NCBI GenBank assembly: GCA_905216215.1
Contig: CAJMSZ010000002.1
Coordinates: 1,782 to 65,781, forward strand
Source of the DNA: an uncultured bacterium
GTDB lineage: Bacteria > Bacillota > Clostridia > Lachnospirales > Lachnospiraceae
Length of the DNA stretch: 64,000 bases
Reading direction: 5' to 3'
Positions 20,130 through 30,235 of the stretch are shown here, one piece after another (the first letter of the stretch is position 1; every line of letters begins with the position of its first letter). A program made the translations under genes and the position numbers. The notes under the pieces are model-generated. The model made no database searches and was not told the DNA's origin. It was given only the letters and a program-made list of their open reading frames with translations.

Positions 20130-20555
20130 CTATATCAGCGAGCGCGAATCCAGATATCCTTGCAAGATAAAAACAGCAGCAATCTGGTCTACATACTGCT
20201 TTCTGTGTTCTCTTCTGATTCCCGTCTCTATTAATGTCCGCTCTGCTTCTACAGTAGTAAGACGCTCATCCCACATCACGACTTCCAGTCCGGTCCGTCT
20301 CCGAAGCATCTCACCGAATTCCAATGCCTTCTCTGCACGTTCTCCAATATCGTTATTCATATGTTTCGGAAAACCAAGTACAAACTTCTCCACTTCATAT
20401 TCCTTGGCAAGAGTCTCAATTCTGGCCAGTGTCTGGCGAAGCTTGTTCTCCGTTTTCCTTTCAATTGTCTCTACGGCCTGTGCGGTAATTCCCAGTGGAT
20501 CGCTGATTGCCACTCCTACCGTCTTCGTTCCGTAATCCAGTCCCATTATCCGCAT
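20130..20555 (-). CDS. ruvX: Holliday junction resolvase-like protein RuvX/YqgF.
   Basis: [19 protein letters not shown] is an RNase H-fold YqgF signature. 141 aa. Confidence 0.92.
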   Translation of the reverse strand: MRIMGLDYGTKTVGVAISDPLGITAQAVETIERKTENKLRQTLARIETLAKEYEVEKFVLGFPKHMNNDIGERAEKALEFGEMLRRRTGLEVVMWDERLTTVEAERTLIETGIRREHRKQYVDQIAAVFILQGYLDSRSLI

Positions 20556-20567
20556 ACTACAGTATTC

Positions 20568-20825
20568 CTACAATTCATGTTTAATATACGCTTTTAACAA
20601 TTCTTCTACAATCTCGTCCCGTTCCACCTTCATCACAAGGCTTCTCGCTCCATTATAACTGGTAATATATGTAGGGTCACCTGACATAATATATCCCACA
20701 ATCTGGTTTACCGGATTATAGCCCTTTTCAACTAAAGCATTATAAACAATTTCCAAAATATCTTTTGCCTGAATCTGCGGTGCAGCTTCTACTTTGAAAA
20801 ATTGTGTGTTTGATAAATCCTTCAT
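20568..20825 (-). CDS. IreB-family regulatory phosphoprotein (UPF0297, YrzL-like).
   Basis: 85 aa. ...[42 protein letters not shown]... is typical of UPF0297. Confidence 0.85.
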   Translation of the reverse strand: MKDLSNTQFFKVEAAPQIQAKDILEIVYNALVEKGYNPVNQIVGYIMSGDPTYITSYNGARSLVMKVERDEIVEELLKAYIKHEL

Positions 20826-20876
20826 CTTACGACCTCCAATACTTCCTTTCCATTTTAATATAATATGCTAAAGAAT

Positions 20877-22199
20877 TCAATGCATAATTTGTGAATTATT
20901 CTTAAGTGTAATGGTTTTTATCTGATTTATCCACTGTTCCTCTGAATCATCCCCACAAGGATTCATAATACGCAAATATTCCTTCGTATGCCCCACCGCA
21001 TATCGCGCGCCATCTTTTTCTGTGATTTCTTCAAACAGGACATCTACATCCTGTCCAATCCAAAGCTGTTCATACTTCTTCATTTTTTCCGCATTCATTT
21101 CCAGCATAATATTACTTCTTCTGGTCTTTTCCTGCTCATCTACCTGTTCTGGCATGGAAGCCGCACGGGTTCCTTCCCGCTTGGAATATTTAAAAATATG
21201 GGTCTCATAAAAGTCAATTCTGTCTACAAAGTTCTTGGACTCTTGGAAATCTTCTTCCGTCTCCCCTGCAAATCCTACAATTACATCTGTAGTAAGTGCC
21301 GGATTTTTAAAATATTTCCGCAGAACGTGGCATTTTTCTTCGTACTCCGCCGCATCATATCTACGGTTCATCCGTTTCAATGTTGCATCACATCCGCTCT
21401 GCAGTGACAAATGAAAATGTGCACATACCTTGGGCAGATTTGCCAGTGCCTCTGCAAATTCTTCCGTAATGATTCGTGGTTCCAGTGATCCAAGACGGAT
21501 TCGTTCGATTCCATCCACTTCATGCACTGCCTGAATAAGAGAAAGCAAATCATCGGGTTTCCCGGATTCTTTGGCAAAATCAATTCCATAGGAGCTTAAA
21601 TGAATTCCTGTCAGAACGATTTCCTTGTATCCATTTGCTGCCAACGTTCTTACTTCTTCTACCACATCGTTTTTCGCACGGCTTCTGACCCTTCCTCTCG
21701 CATAAGGAATGATACAGTAGGTGCAGAACTGATTGCATCCATCCTGCACCTTCAGATAAGCTCTTGTATGCTCTGCTGTTCGTGACAAATGGAGGTCTTC
21801 ATACTCGTTGGTATGATTGATGTCGATCAGCTCCTGAACCTGTTTTTCCGGATGGTCCCGGAAATATGCATTCAATATATCCACAATATTATTTTTCTTG
21901 TTATTTCCTACAATAATATCTATACCTTCTTCTGTTTTTCCTGCATTTCCCAGTGCCTGGACATAGCAGCCCGCAGCCACTACCACAGCTTCTGGGTTCT
22001 GCTTGCGTGCCTTGTGTATCATCTGTCTTGATTTGCGGTCTGCCATATTGGTAACCGAACAAGTATTGATAATATAAACATCCGCCTCTTCATGGAAGGA
22101 CACTATCTCATAACCGTCCTTTTCCAGAAGCTCCTGCATGGCCTCTGTCTCATATGCATTTACCTTACATCCAAGGTTGTGTAACGCTGCCCGTTTCAT
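20877..22199 (-). CDS. mtaB: tRNA t6A37 methylthiotransferase MtaB (MiaB-like radical SAM).
   Basis: MTTase N-terminal domain (AALHNLGCKVNAYETEAM..IINTCSVT), a radical SAM CxxxCxxC (GCNQFCTYCIIPYARG), and a TRAM domain at the C-terminus. Confidence 0.88.
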   Translation of the reverse strand: MKRAALHNLGCKVNAYETEAMQELLEKDGYEIVSFHEEADVYIINTCSVTNMADRKSRQMIHKARKQNPEAVVVAAGCYVQALGNAGKTEEGIDIIVGNNKKNNIVDILNAYFRDHPEKQVQELIDINHTNEYEDLHLSRTAEHTRAYLKVQDGCNQFCTYCIIPYARGRVRSRAKNDVVEEVRTLAANGYKEIVLTGIHLSSYGIDFAKESGKPDDLLSLIQAVHEVDGIERIRLGSLEPRIITEEFAEALANLPKVCAHFHLSLQSGCDATLKRMNRRYDAAEYEEKCHVLRKYFKNPALTTDVIVGFAGETEEDFQESKNFVDRIDFYETHIFKYSKREGTRAASMPEQVDEQEKTRRSNIMLEMNAEKMKKYEQLWIGQDVDVLFEEITEKDGARYAVGHTKEYLRIMNPCGDDSEEQWINQIKTITLKNNSQIMH

Positions 22200-22323
22200 A
22201 GTTATGTCTCCTCTATGTTAAATATGGTTAAATATATTTTCCTCTTGTTTGTTCCTTGACTTTTCATTCTGAAAACCTTAAAATTAATGATAGAGCAGTG
22301 AATAATCAAGGAGGGTCAATCTA

Positions 22324-22557
22324 ATGAAAACTGTACAAATTTCTTTAAATTCTATCGATAAAGTGAAATCTTTTGTCAATCAGATTTCAAAGTTCGACTT
22401 TGATTTTGATTTAGTATCCGGAAGATATGTCATTGATGCCAAATCCATCATGGGAATCTTCAGTTTAGATTTATCAAAACCGATTAATTTGAATATTCAT
22501 GCTGAAGACAGTGAGCTTGACAGCGTTATGAATGAAATTCAGCCATACTTAGTTTAA
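22324..22557 (+). CDS. HPr-like protein (degenerate phosphocarrier HPr paralogue).
   Basis: 77 aa. RYVIDAKSIMGIFSLDLSKPINLNIHAEDSE aligns to the HPr core (KSVNLKSIMGVMSLGI...TIKITAEG). The N-terminal GIHARPA His15 region is replaced by NSIDKVKS. A bidirectional terminator follows at 22576-22608. Confidence 0.65.
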   Translation: MKTVQISLNSIDKVKSFVNQISKFDFDFDLVSGRYVIDAKSIMGIFSLDLSKPINLNIHAEDSELDSVMNEIQPYLV

Positions 22558-22575
22558 TTCTACTGGTTTTAATTC

Positions 22576-22608
22576 AAATGGGGGGACACACTTCGTGTTC
22601 CCCATTTT
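22576..22608. terminator. Bidirectional intrinsic terminator.
   Basis: AAATGGGGGGACACACTTCGTGTTCCCCATTTTT, a GC-rich stem flanked by A and T runs. It lies between the HPr-like gene (+) and thiI (-). Confidence 0.7.
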
Positions 22609-23789
22609 TATTTCACCTCAATAATCTCAACTGTATCAATTGCCTTCTGGAACAGCTCGTCAATATTCTCTGAAAGTTTTTCTTCCGATTTTCTTATTAC
22701 ACCAATGTTCGGCTTTGTAACCGGATGTTTTGCAACAAAGATAGTACAACAGTCTTCATACGGAAGAATGGATGTCTCATAAGTGTTGATTTTCTCCGCC
22801 ACTTCTACAATCTCCTGCTTGTCAAACCCAATCAGTGGGCGATAAACAGGAAGGGTGCATACATCATTTGTCGCTGCCAGACTGTGCATGGTCTGACTTG
22901 CCACCTGTCCAATACTTTCCCCTGTAATTAATCCCAGACAATCATCCTCTTTTGCAAAATATTCTGCAATCCGCATCATATAACGGCGCATAATGATCGT
23001 CAGTTCATCATGTGGGCATTTTTCATAAATATAAAGCTGAATATCGGTAAAATTCACCACATGAAGCTTAATTGGACCTGTATACTTTGATACCAGTTTT
23101 GCAAGGTCCACCACTTTCTGTTTTGCACGCTCACTGGTGTACGGTGGCGCATGGAAATAGGTTGCTTCAATTCCCACACCACGTTTGGCAATCATGTAAC
23201 CTGCTACCGGGCTGTCAATTCCACCTGACAATAAAAGCATGGCTTTTCCATTCGTTCCAATGGGCATTCCACCTGGTCCCGGGATAATTTCCGAATAGAT
23301 ATAGATTTCTTCTCTGACTTCCACATTCAGAAGTACATCCGGGTGATGCACATCTACACGGATTTCCGGGAATGCATCCAGAATCGCCTCTCCCAAATCA
23401 CAGTTGATTTCCATGGATTTCTTCGGATATGTCTTTCTGGCGCGTCTGGACTCTACTTTAAAAGTAATCGCCTTGTTTGGATACATAGCATCCATATAAG
23501 CAACTACATCTTTTTTCAATTCTTCAAATCCCTTATCTTCTACTCTTACAACCGGACAGATTCCCACAATTCCAAATACTCTCTTCAGTGCATCTGTCAC
23601 TTCGTCATTGTCGTACTCTCCCTCACAGTCCACATAGACACGGGCCTGAGATTTGTACACGTGAAAATCTCCTTCCACATCTTTCAATGCAAAACGCACC
23701 TGCTTTACCAGTGCATCTTCAAATAAATAACGGTTTTTTCCTTTGATTCCTATTTCACCGTATTTTATCAAATAAGTTTGAAATTTCAT
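22608..23789 (-). CDS. thiI: tRNA 4-thiouridine synthase ThiI.
   Basis: THUMP domain plus a PP-loop (LLLSGGIDSPVAGYMIAKRG). 393 aa. It is adjacent to a cysteine desulfurase. Confidence 0.92.
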   Translation of the reverse strand: MKFQTYLIKYGEIGIKGKNRYLFEDALVKQVRFALKDVEGDFHVYKSQARVYVDCEGEYDNDEVTDALKRVFGIVGICPVVRVEDKGFEELKKDVVAYMDAMYPNKAITFKVESRRARKTYPKKSMEINCDLGEAILDAFPEIRVDVHHPDVLLNVEVREEIYIYSEIIPGPGGMPIGTNGKAMLLLSGGIDSPVAGYMIAKRGVGIEATYFHAPPYTSERAKQKVVDLAKLVSKYTGPIKLHVVNFTDIQLYIYEKCPHDELTIIMRRYMMRIAEYFAKEDDCLGLITGESIGQVASQTMHSLAATNDVCTLPVYRPLIGFDKQEIVEVAEKINTYETSILPYEDCCTIFVAKHPVTKPNIGVIRKSEEKLSENIDELFQKAIDTVEIIEVK

Positions 23790-23798
23790 GCTTTCCTC

Positions 23799-24956
23799 CT
23801 AATGGCGTGTGTACTTTCTCAACATCGGCACACAAGTGTATAACGTTTCCAAGGTATAATCAATTTCTTCTTCTGTCGTAAATTCTGACATACTGAACCG
23901 CAGCGTCGCATCCAGATATTCTTTTCCTGCTCCAATTCCCTTTAACACTCCACTGACTGCCGGATGATTGGATGCACAGGCAGAACCGGAGGAAACATAA
24001 ATCCCTTTATCTTCCAACGTATGAAGCAGAACTTCACTTCGGATTCCGGCAATCCCCACACTGATAATATGGGGAGCACTTGTCTCGTCTGCCAGTCCAT
24101 GAATGGTAGTATGTTCTATTTTACTTATTCCTTCAATAAAGCGCTTTTTCAGCGCTCTCATATGAGCCACTTTTTCATCTAAGTCTGTATAAATCTCCTT
24201 TGCAGCTACACCGATTCCAGCAATACCAGGCACATTTTCCGTACCAGAACGCATATTTTTCTGTTGCTCTCCACCGAAAATAATCGGTTTTACCTTCGCC
24301 TTCTCATTAATATAGAGAAATCCGATGCCTTTTGGCCCATGAATCTTATGTCCACTGACTGACAACATATCGATACCCATCTTTTTCGGGTAAATCCGAT
24401 ACTTTCCAAATCCCTGTACTGCATCTACATGAAACAGAATATTCTTGTTATAAGCCTTCACGATACTGGCTGCTTCTGCAACCGGCTGAACAGATCCCAC
24501 TTCATTATTCACATACATAATAGAAACCAGAATGGTTTCCTCACAAAGCGCAGCCTTAAGTGCATCCAGCTTCACCCTTCCGTACTCATCTACCGGAAGA
24601 TAAGTTACGCGATATCCTTCCTCATCTTCCAAAAAACGCATAGTGTTTAATATCGCAGGATGCTCAATAGACGTAGTAATCAAATGCTTACCAGCCCGAT
24701 GATTTGCCCTTGCCCCACCAATAAGTGCCAGATTATCACTTTCCGTTCCACCGGATGTGAAATAAATTTCCTTTTCCTGCACTTTCAGCAGACGTGCCAG
24801 TGTCTCTCTGGATTCTCTGACGTACTGCTCTGCCTCCACACCTTTTCTGTGCATGGAAGAAGGATTACCATAATCTTCGCACAAAGTCTTTCCAACTATA
24901 TCACGAACGCAGTCATATGCCTTTGTTGTCGCTGAATTATCCAAATATACTTCCAT
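23799..24956 (-). CDS. Cysteine desulfurase (NifS/IscS family).
   Basis: PLP enzyme with SGHKIHGPKGIGFLY (Lys of the PLP site) and the SSGSACAS catalytic Cys loop. It is upstream of thiI. Confidence 0.9.
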   Translation of the reverse strand: MEVYLDNSATTKAYDCVRDIVGKTLCEDYGNPSSMHRKGVEAEQYVRESRETLARLLKVQEKEIYFTSGGTESDNLALIGGARANHRAGKHLITTSIEHPAILNTMRFLEDEEGYRVTYLPVDEYGRVKLDALKAALCEETILVSIMYVNNEVGSVQPVAEAASIVKAYNKNILFHVDAVQGFGKYRIYPKKMGIDMLSVSGHKIHGPKGIGFLYINEKAKVKPIIFGGEQQKNMRSGTENVPGIAGIGVAAKEIYTDLDEKVAHMRALKKRFIEGISKIEHTTIHGLADETSAPHIISVGIAGIRSEVLLHTLEDKGIYVSSGSACASNHPAVSGVLKGIGAGKEYLDATLRFSMSEFTTEEEIDYTLETLYTCVPMLRKYTRH

Positions 24957-25017
24957 TTTCTTCTCCCAAATCTTCTTTTTACTATCTTATGCTTTTTCGG
25001 ATGCACAAGCGCATATC

Positions 25018-25755
25018 CTATGTCTCCAGTTCAAACATTAAAATAGAAAGCATGGTAAAGCCAGCTGTCTCTGTCCTTAAAATTCTTCTTCCCAGTGTAA
25101 CAGGATGTGCACCGGCTTCTATAGCCTGTTCCACTTCTTCCCGTTCAAATCCGCCTTCCGGTCCAATAAAAATTCCTACAGACTGTCCGGGTTGAATCTG
25201 ATGAAGTAGTTTCTTCGTCTCAGCCATTCCCTCTTCAAGTTCATAAGGGACGAGAACGACATCCATCTGCTCTGCCCTTTCCAGCGCTTCCCGATAGGAA
25301 ACTACGTCAGACACTTTCGGAATGATGCTTCTTCCTGCCTGCTTTGCAGCACTTTCGGAAATACTGTTCCACCTTTCCACTTTCTTTGCCGCTTTCTTTG
25401 CATCCAACTTAACAACACACCGTTTCATGGAAACCGGAATTACCTCATAAGCGCCGAGCTCTACCGCTTTCTGTACGATCAGCTCCATCTTGTCATTCTT
25501 AGGTAGTCCTTGAAAGAGGTATAATCTGGACTTTAATTCCGTATCCGCTTCTCTGATTTCCAGAATACGAAGCACCGCCTGTTCTTCCTCATAGGCAGAT
25601 ACCTCACAAAGATATTTTTTATTATTCCCGTCACTGATTTCCACCTGTTCTCCGATTTTCATGCGGAGTACATTCTTCATGTGATTTACATCTTGTCCTG
25701 TCACATAGATTTCCGTTTCTCCAACCTGCTCCGGAATTACGAAAAAATGCTGCAT
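25018..25755 (-). CDS. rsmE: 16S rRNA (uracil1498-N3)-methyltransferase RsmE.
   Basis: MQHFFVIPEQV...(PUA-like)...GPEGGFEREE is the RsmE signature. Confidence 0.88.
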   Translation of the reverse strand: MQHFFVIPEQVGETEIYVTGQDVNHMKNVLRMKIGEQVEISDGNNKKYLCEVSAYEEEQAVLRILEIREADTELKSRLYLFQGLPKNDKMELIVQKAVELGAYEVIPVSMKRCVVKLDAKKAAKKVERWNSISESAAKQAGRSIIPKVSDVVSYREALERAEQMDVVLVPYELEEGMAETKKLLHQIQPGQSVGIFIGPEGGFEREEVEQAIEAGAHPVTLGRRILRTETAGFTMLSILMFELET

Positions 25756-25771
25756 CTTCCTACTCCTCCAG

Positions 25772-26746
25772 CTAATTCTTTCTTGCTGTCACAGAAACCC
25801 ATTCTCCCTGATGTGTCACTTCCAGTACTTCAAGTCCTGCTGCTTTTACCGTCTGCACAACCGTATCTTCTTTCTCCTCAATGATTCCACTTGTAATATA
25901 CACGGCACCTTTTTTCATCTGATGCACAATAACCGGTGTAAGGGGCACCAGAACTTCTGCCAGGATATTTGCCACAACAATATCGTATTTCTCATATCCA
26001 ACCTTATCCTGTACTTCCTTATTGTCAATGATATTTCCAATCATCACTTCATAACGGTCTTCTGAAATCCCATTTACTTCCATATTTTCACGGGTCGCAT
26101 CAATAGCACATGGGTCCAGATCTGTTCCCACACTGTGCTTTGCGCCCATCATAAGTGCAATCATTCCCAGGATTCCGCTTCCACAGCCCACATCCAGAAT
26201 CATGGTATCCTCTTTCACATGCTTGCGAATCTGGCGGATACAAAGCTGTGTAGTCTCATGCTTTCCGGTTCCAAAGGCAGTACCCGGGTCAATGTGAACC
26301 ACCATCTTTCCTTCGTCTTCCGGCTTCACTTCTTCCCAGGATGGAATAACCAGAATATCATCAATATAAAATTGATGGAAATACTGTTTCCAGTTATTCA
26401 CCCAATCAACGTCCTCTGTCTGTGATTCCTCGATTTCTCCACTTCCCACTTCCACGTAGGCACGCATATCTTCCAATTCAGCACGGACATCCGCAAGTAT
26501 CTTCTCCTTATCATCTTCCTCTTCCAGATAGAAACTGATATAAGCCACTCCGTCATCCACATCGGTTTCGGGAAGAATATCTACAAACATCTGCTCCTTC
26601 TCAGCCTGTGTCATAGGAACCTTATCTTCAATCTCGATTCCCTGAATGCCAAGGTCCATCAGCATACTGCTCACAATATCCTCTGCCTCCGTAGTCGTTT
26701 TTAATCTAAATTTATTCCATTTCATGTTAAAAATCCTCCAAATCAT
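25772..26746 (-). CDS. prmA: Ribosomal protein L11 methyltransferase PrmA.
   Basis: MKWNKFRLKTTTEAEDIVSSMLMDLGIQGIEIED and LDVGCGSGILGM. The likely start is the MKWNKF Met at about 26725. Confidence 0.9.
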   Translation of the reverse strand: MIWRIFNMKWNKFRLKTTTEAEDIVSSMLMDLGIQGIEIEDKVPMTQAEKEQMFVDILPETDVDDGVAYISFYLEEEDDKEKILADVRAELEDMRAYVEVGSGEIEESQTEDVDWVNNWKQYFHQFYIDDILVIPSWEEVKPEDEGKMVVHIDPGTAFGTGKHETTQLCIRQIRKHVKEDTMILDVGCGSGILGMIALMMGAKHSVGTDLDPCAIDATRENMEVNGISEDRYEVMIGNIIDNKEVQDKVGYEKYDIVVANILAEVLVPLTPVIVHQMKKGAVYITSGIIEEKEDTVVQTVKAAGLEVLEVTHQGEWVSVTARKN

Positions 26747-26801
26747 TACTCTTCAGTATATCAATTTCTACCTGAAAGCGCAACGGAAACCTGTCCTTTT
26801 T

Positions 26802-28124
26802 CTACTCTTTTCCAAGAAGATAATCTACAAACTGCTGTGCACATCTTCCACTTAAACCACCATGGTTCAGTTCCCACTTATTTGCTTCCAATAAGAGTTC
26901 CTCTTCTGGCATGGAAATGTTATTTCTCTCTGCTAGTGTCCGCACAATCCTCTGAAACTCCTTCTTATCTGGTTTGCCATAGTAAATGGTTACACCAAAT
27001 CTAGCCACCAACGACAGTTTTTCCTGAACCGTATCATTGGTATGTAACTCTTCATCACGGTCCTCTTTGTCTTTAAAGGTTTCACGGATTAGATGACGTC
27101 TGTTGGATGTTGCATAAATCAGAATATTATCCGGTTTTTTCTCTAGTCCGCCTTCAATTACTGCTTTTAAATACTTATATTCAATTTCGAATTCTTCAAA
27201 AGAAAGGTCATCCATATAGATGATGAATTTATAATTCCGATTCTTGATCTGTGCAATCACATCATTCAAATTCTGGAACTGATGCTTGTACACCTCAATC
27301 ATACGAAGTCCCTGATCATAATACTGGTTCAGGATTGCTTTGATGGAAGAAGATTTGCCTGTTCCTGCATCCCCAAACAGCAAACAGTTATTAGCGCGTT
27401 TTCCTTTGACGAATGCTTCTGTATTATCAATCAGCTTCTGTTTCGCAAGTTCATACCCCACCAGATCATCCAGGTGCACATGGGCAATCTTTGTAATCGG
27501 AACAATCTCTGTTTCTCCATCTCTTTCTTCAATGCGAAATGCTTTATGAAGTCCAAATTTACCTACACCAAATTCTTTGTAGAATTCGGTGGTAACCTGT
27601 TTGAATTCCTCCGGCGTCTCCGACTGTTCCAGGCGTTTGTTCAGTTCACATATCCGGTCACGGATGCGTTTGTTATACACACTGCCATGTGCTCCTGCCT
27701 GATGATAATCTTCAATAAATCCCAGATTCATAACACCCAGTCGTTCTTCCAGTATCTTTAAATCATAATGAAAAAGTTCCCTGAAAATCACGAAATCATG
27801 AAGAGCCGCGTCATTAATACTGCCTTCTGTAAAACCTGTAATCTCGCAGGCAGTACTGTATGCATTTTCACTGTTTGACAGTAAAAATGTAAGATAATTA
27901 TGCCAGAGATTCCCTTCAAATCCATGACTGGCAGCCAATTCCACGAGACTATGGACCGTGTCATACCAGACTTCACGCAGCGTTTCATCATCATATTCTT
28001 TGCTTCCCGCATGCTTCATCAACATGACCATGTTCTGAAGTAGTTCCTCCTGATCCATATTCCGATATAAGATCATTTCATTCATTCTCATTTTCTGCCT
28101 TCTCTCAACTCTAATAATTTCCAA
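26802..28124 (-). CDS. DUF815-family ATP-binding protein (AAA-like).
   Basis: Walker A LLFGDAGTGKSSSIKAI and Walker B IIYMDDLSFEE with a DUF815-type C-terminus. It overlaps the pheA stop by 14 nt. The likely start is MNEMILYRNM. Confidence 0.75.
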   Translation of the reverse strand: MEIIRVERRQKMRMNEMILYRNMDQEELLQNMVMLMKHAGSKEYDDETLREVWYDTVHSLVELAASHGFEGNLWHNYLTFLLSNSENAYSTACEITGFTEGSINDAALHDFVIFRELFHYDLKILEERLGVMNLGFIEDYHQAGAHGSVYNKRIRDRICELNKRLEQSETPEEFKQVTTEFYKEFGVGKFGLHKAFRIEERDGETEIVPITKIAHVHLDDLVGYELAKQKLIDNTEAFVKGKRANNCLLFGDAGTGKSSSIKAILNQYYDQGLRMIEVYKHQFQNLNDVIAQIKNRNYKFIIYMDDLSFEEFEIEYKYLKAVIEGGLEKKPDNILIYATSNRRHLIRETFKDKEDRDEELHTNDTVQEKLSLVARFGVTIYYGKPDKKEFQRIVRTLAERNNISMPEEELLLEANKWELNHGGLSGRCAQQFVDYLLGKE

Positions 28125-29256
28125 GTATTTTTAAATTTAGTGCTTCCTCCCGCAATCCCCGGATTGCATTTTTCACTGCAGGGTCAGCCAGATTCCCGTC
28201 AAAATCCACAAAGAAGCGATACTCAAATTTTCTGCCCTCAAGGGGACGGGATTCAATTTTTGTCATATTTAAGTCATTATATATAAAATGAGACAACAAA
28301 CGGTAGAGGGAACCACTTTCATGAGGAAGTTCAAAACAAATGCTAATCTTTCCAGCTTTCTTCAAAAAGATTTTCTGATTGGTAACTACAATAAACCGGG
28401 TGGAATTGTCTTCTTCAAAATTAATCTTTCTTGCAAGTATCTTAAGGCCATACAGCTTTGCCGCATACTCACTGCACACCGCTGCCTGCGTCACATCCTT
28501 ATCCTCCAGTACTTTCTTCGCGGCAACCGCTGTATTTGCCACGCTAATCTGTCTCCACTTCGGATGCTTGTCCAGATATTTCGCAGTCTGCATTAATCCC
28601 TGAGGATGAGAATACACGGTCTGAATCTCACGAATCGAAGCATCCGGCAAACCAACAAGCATATGCTCGATTGAAATGGTAACTTCGCCTACAATATAGT
28701 TTTCAAACTCCACAAGCAAATCATAAACCTGATCTACTGCACCTGCTGAAGAATTTTCAATCGGAAGCACCGCATAATCAGCAGAACCTTCTTCAATGGC
28801 TTCCATGGCTTCCCGGAAAGTTCCCACATGGAAATTCTTCGTTTCCTCTCCAAAATATTGCTTCATAGCAGCCTGACTGTAGGCTCCTTCCACACCCTGG
28901 AATACCACCCGGACTCCATCGGTCTCCAGTTCATCAAATCCGATAAAAGGCAGCCGTCCCAAAGCTCCTTCTTCCATCAGCTTCCGGTACTGCACTTTCC
29001 TGCTCATGGACATAAGCTGCTCATACAACTCCCGGATGCCCTTCTTATTAAATTCTGTTGTCCCCTTTTCTATTACAGAATCTAATTTTTCTTTTTCGAT
29101 TTCCTTATCAAAAACCCGAAGCCCGTTCTGAATCTTATAATCGGCTACCTGCTCACATACTTTCATCCGTTTCTCATAAAGTGCAGTCATCTGATTATCA
29201 ATCTCGTCCAGTTCATCCCGAAGTCTATCCATCGTTTCCTCATCTATTATTTCCAT
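28111..29256 (-). CDS. pheA: Bifunctional chorismate mutase / prephenate dehydratase.
   Basis: The N-terminal CM domain (LDEIDNQMTALYEKRMKVCEQVADYK) is followed by a PDT domain (RVVFQGVEGAYSQAA...LPIENSSAGAV) and a C-terminal ACT domain. The promoter is an extended -10 TGcTAGAAT at 29288-29298 (minus strand). Confidence 0.9.
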   Translation of the reverse strand: MEIIDEETMDRLRDELDEIDNQMTALYEKRMKVCEQVADYKIQNGLRVFDKEIEKEKLDSVIEKGTTEFNKKGIRELYEQLMSMSRKVQYRKLMEEGALGRLPFIGFDELETDGVRVVFQGVEGAYSQAAMKQYFGEETKNFHVGTFREAMEAIEEGSADYAVLPIENSSAGAVDQVYDLLVEFENYIVGEVTISIEHMLVGLPDASIREIQTVYSHPQGLMQTAKYLDKHPKWRQISVANTAVAAKKVLEDKDVTQAAVCSEYAAKLYGLKILARKINFEEDNSTRFIVVTNQKIFLKKAGKISICFELPHESGSLYRLLSHFIYNDLNMTKIESRPLEGRKFEYRFFVDFDGNLADPAVKNAIRGLREEALNLKILGNY

Positions 29257-29323
29257 TTGATTCTCCTGTTTTTCGCTTATTCCATATATTCTAGCACAGT
29301 TTTTTTACCAAGTAAACAAGAGA

Positions 29324-29352
29324 CCTGCTGTCCCCGGAACCAGACAGCAGTG
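29324..29352 (-). terminator. Probable terminator of the TPM/zinc-ribbon/SPFH operon.
   Basis: The hairpin CTGCTGTC-tggttccgggg-GACAGCAG is downstream of the 29411..30223 gene, just before the pheA promoter. Confidence 0.5.
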
Positions 29353-29410
29353 TCGTGTTTAAACCTTTATTTCCATCCCTGAAAGTACAATAAAGTCTGG
29401 TGATTTTGGT

Positions 29411-30223
29411 CTAAAATTTTCCACCGCCACCGCCATAAGAGGAACCGGAAGAAGATTCATGGGTACTGCTTCCCGTTGACCGACTTTCTTCCTTAGGCTT
29501 CGGTGTTCTTGTCACCACGTGATATAGATACATATCACGGCTTTCCGTAAGCTTCAGGCTTCCATTTTTCACATAACGATTCGCAGTAGGCTGTAGACGC
29601 ACTGTTTTCAGTTGTGCGTTCATACCGGCCACCATAATCAGAGCCAGCAGAATACCAATCCCGGCAGAGACAAAAATCCATACAGACGAAAGGGACTTCC
29701 GTGGAAGATTCCCGTTGTCATAGGGGTTCCCTTCTCTGGCCTGCGTAATAAAACTATCGCACAAGTCCGCATAAGTCTGAAAAGCTTCACTGTAATTGCC
29801 ATCTGATAAATCTGGCTTTATCTGCTCCCCTATGTACTCGATTCCAGCATCTGTAAATGCTGTAATACCATATCCATGGGTTGCCATGTACCAGTCACGG
29901 TCTTCCATACTAATGAGCAGTAAAACACCATCCTTATCAGAGCCATAACCAAAATTACAATACTCGTAAACCTGCTCAGCATAATCACTGACCGAATAGC
30001 CATTCAGTCCGTCCACAGTGATCAGTGTCACATCCATCTTCTGACGCACACTGATTTCGTCCAGTTTTTCATTCAAAGCCTGCTCTTCCTCATAAGAAAG
30101 AAGACCTGCCGAATCATTCGCACGGTAATACTCATCCGCAAATCCATCTGCCGCACAAACCGGAAGCACCGCGCTCAGGCAAAGAAGAACGGCAAGCAGA
30201 ATTCCTGTTATTTTCTGTTTCAT
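29411..30223 (-). CDS. TPM-domain protein (YdjH-like).
   Basis: A signal peptide/TM (MKQKITGILLAVLLCLSAVLPVCA), a TPM phosphatase-like domain (LLSYEEEQALNEKLDEISVRQKMDVTLITVD), a second TM, and a Gly-rich tail (SSYGGGGGKF). Confidence 0.8.
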   Translation of the reverse strand: MKQKITGILLAVLLCLSAVLPVCAADGFADEYYRANDSAGLLSYEEEQALNEKLDEISVRQKMDVTLITVDGLNGYSVSDYAEQVYEYCNFGYGSDKDGVLLLISMEDRDWYMATHGYGITAFTDAGIEYIGEQIKPDLSDGNYSEAFQTYADLCDSFITQAREGNPYDNGNLPRKSLSSVWIFVSAGIGILLALIMVAGMNAQLKTVRLQPTANRYVKNGSLKLTESRDMYLYHVVTRTPKPKEESRSTGSSTHESSSGSSYGGGGGKF

Positions 30224-30235
30224 CTGTTCCCCTCC

